Shown here piece after piece: positions 63,999 to 64,000 of a stretch of DNA of 64,000 nt. Where the stretch lies: positions 21,390 through 85,389 of the forward strand of contig CAYYVY010000001.1 in the NCBI GenBank assembly GCA_964475265.1, in the 5' to 3' direction. Below the pieces are notes generated by a model. It worked only from the letters and a program-made list of their open reading frames with translations. It was not told the DNA's origin and did not search any database. This DNA comes from an uncultured Anaerolineaceae bacterium (lineage in GTDB: Bacteria; Chloroflexota; Anaerolineae; Anaerolineales; E44-bin32). The translations under genes were made by a program, and so were the position numbers. Every line of letters starts with the position of its first letter. The stretch's first letter is position 1.

Positions 63999-64000
63999 TC

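Noticed and set aside
1-64000. Search for tRNA/rRNA genes, CRISPR arrays, IS elements, integrases, and toxin-antitoxin or known defence genes
   Set aside because: No cloverleaf-like candidates appear in the intergenic regions. There are no regularly spaced direct repeats and no transposase or integrase-like ORFs. The window looks like core chromosome plus a glycan locus rather than a mobile island. This was a by-eye search only and should be confirmed with tRNAscan-SE, CRISPR finders and ISfinder.

Overview
This is a densely coding, GC-rich bacterial chromosomal segment. I found no rRNA, tRNA, CRISPR array, transposase or integrase by eye. The gene content includes PFOR, a T-box-controlled serS, VanW, a Gmad2-like lipoprotein, an NHLP-clan small peptide and large GAF/PAS kinases. 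That mix suggests a Chloroflexota (Anaerolineae-like) origin, but this is low-confidence inference. Layout, in order: (1) 1-3.9 kb holds sbcDC and a cysteine desulfurase. (2) 4.5-12.2 kb is a minus-strand operon: a degenerate ABC-ATPase::LytTR fusion, a canonical ABC ATPase, four tandem paralogous ABC-2 permeases, and an ATGA-coupled HTH_42 (AlkZ/YcaQ-like) protein. (3) 12.3-25 kb holds DegV, uppS, a NarL-type two-component pair, an SDR, a 1049-aa GAF/PAS kinase, and a membrane-protein/wHTH/ABC-2 exporter operon with a clear operator palindrome. (4) 25-31 kb holds a UbiA prenyltransferase, a DHOD-like protein and PFOR (nifJ). (5) 31.1-34.5 kb is a minus-strand operon: an SPT-like alpha-oxoamine synthase, an SDR, a double-hotdog thioesterase and an NHLP-clan small peptide. 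(6) 34.8-43.9 kb is housekeeping: T-box serS, DUF456, HEAT, Trm112, VanW, B3/4, a lipoprotein, an M32 carboxypeptidase and rpiB. (7) 44-63.2 kb is a large plus-strand glycan locus. It contains wecC/wecB-like genes, an acetyltransferase, four GT4s, a bi-domain oxidoreductase, a heparinase II/III-like protein and a PglC-type phosphoglycosyl transferase. It ends in the most unusual item in the window. There, TPP-dependent E1 alpha/beta subunits are followed by a protein in which a lipoyl domain and an E3-binding domain are fused to a PglD/NeuD-type hexapeptide sugar acyltransferase, in place of an E2 catalytic core. A DegT aminotransferase follows. I propose this is an acyl-CoA-independent, lipoyl-arm-mediated amino-sugar N-acylation module. 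All calls come from reading the translations and DNA by eye; no searches were run.
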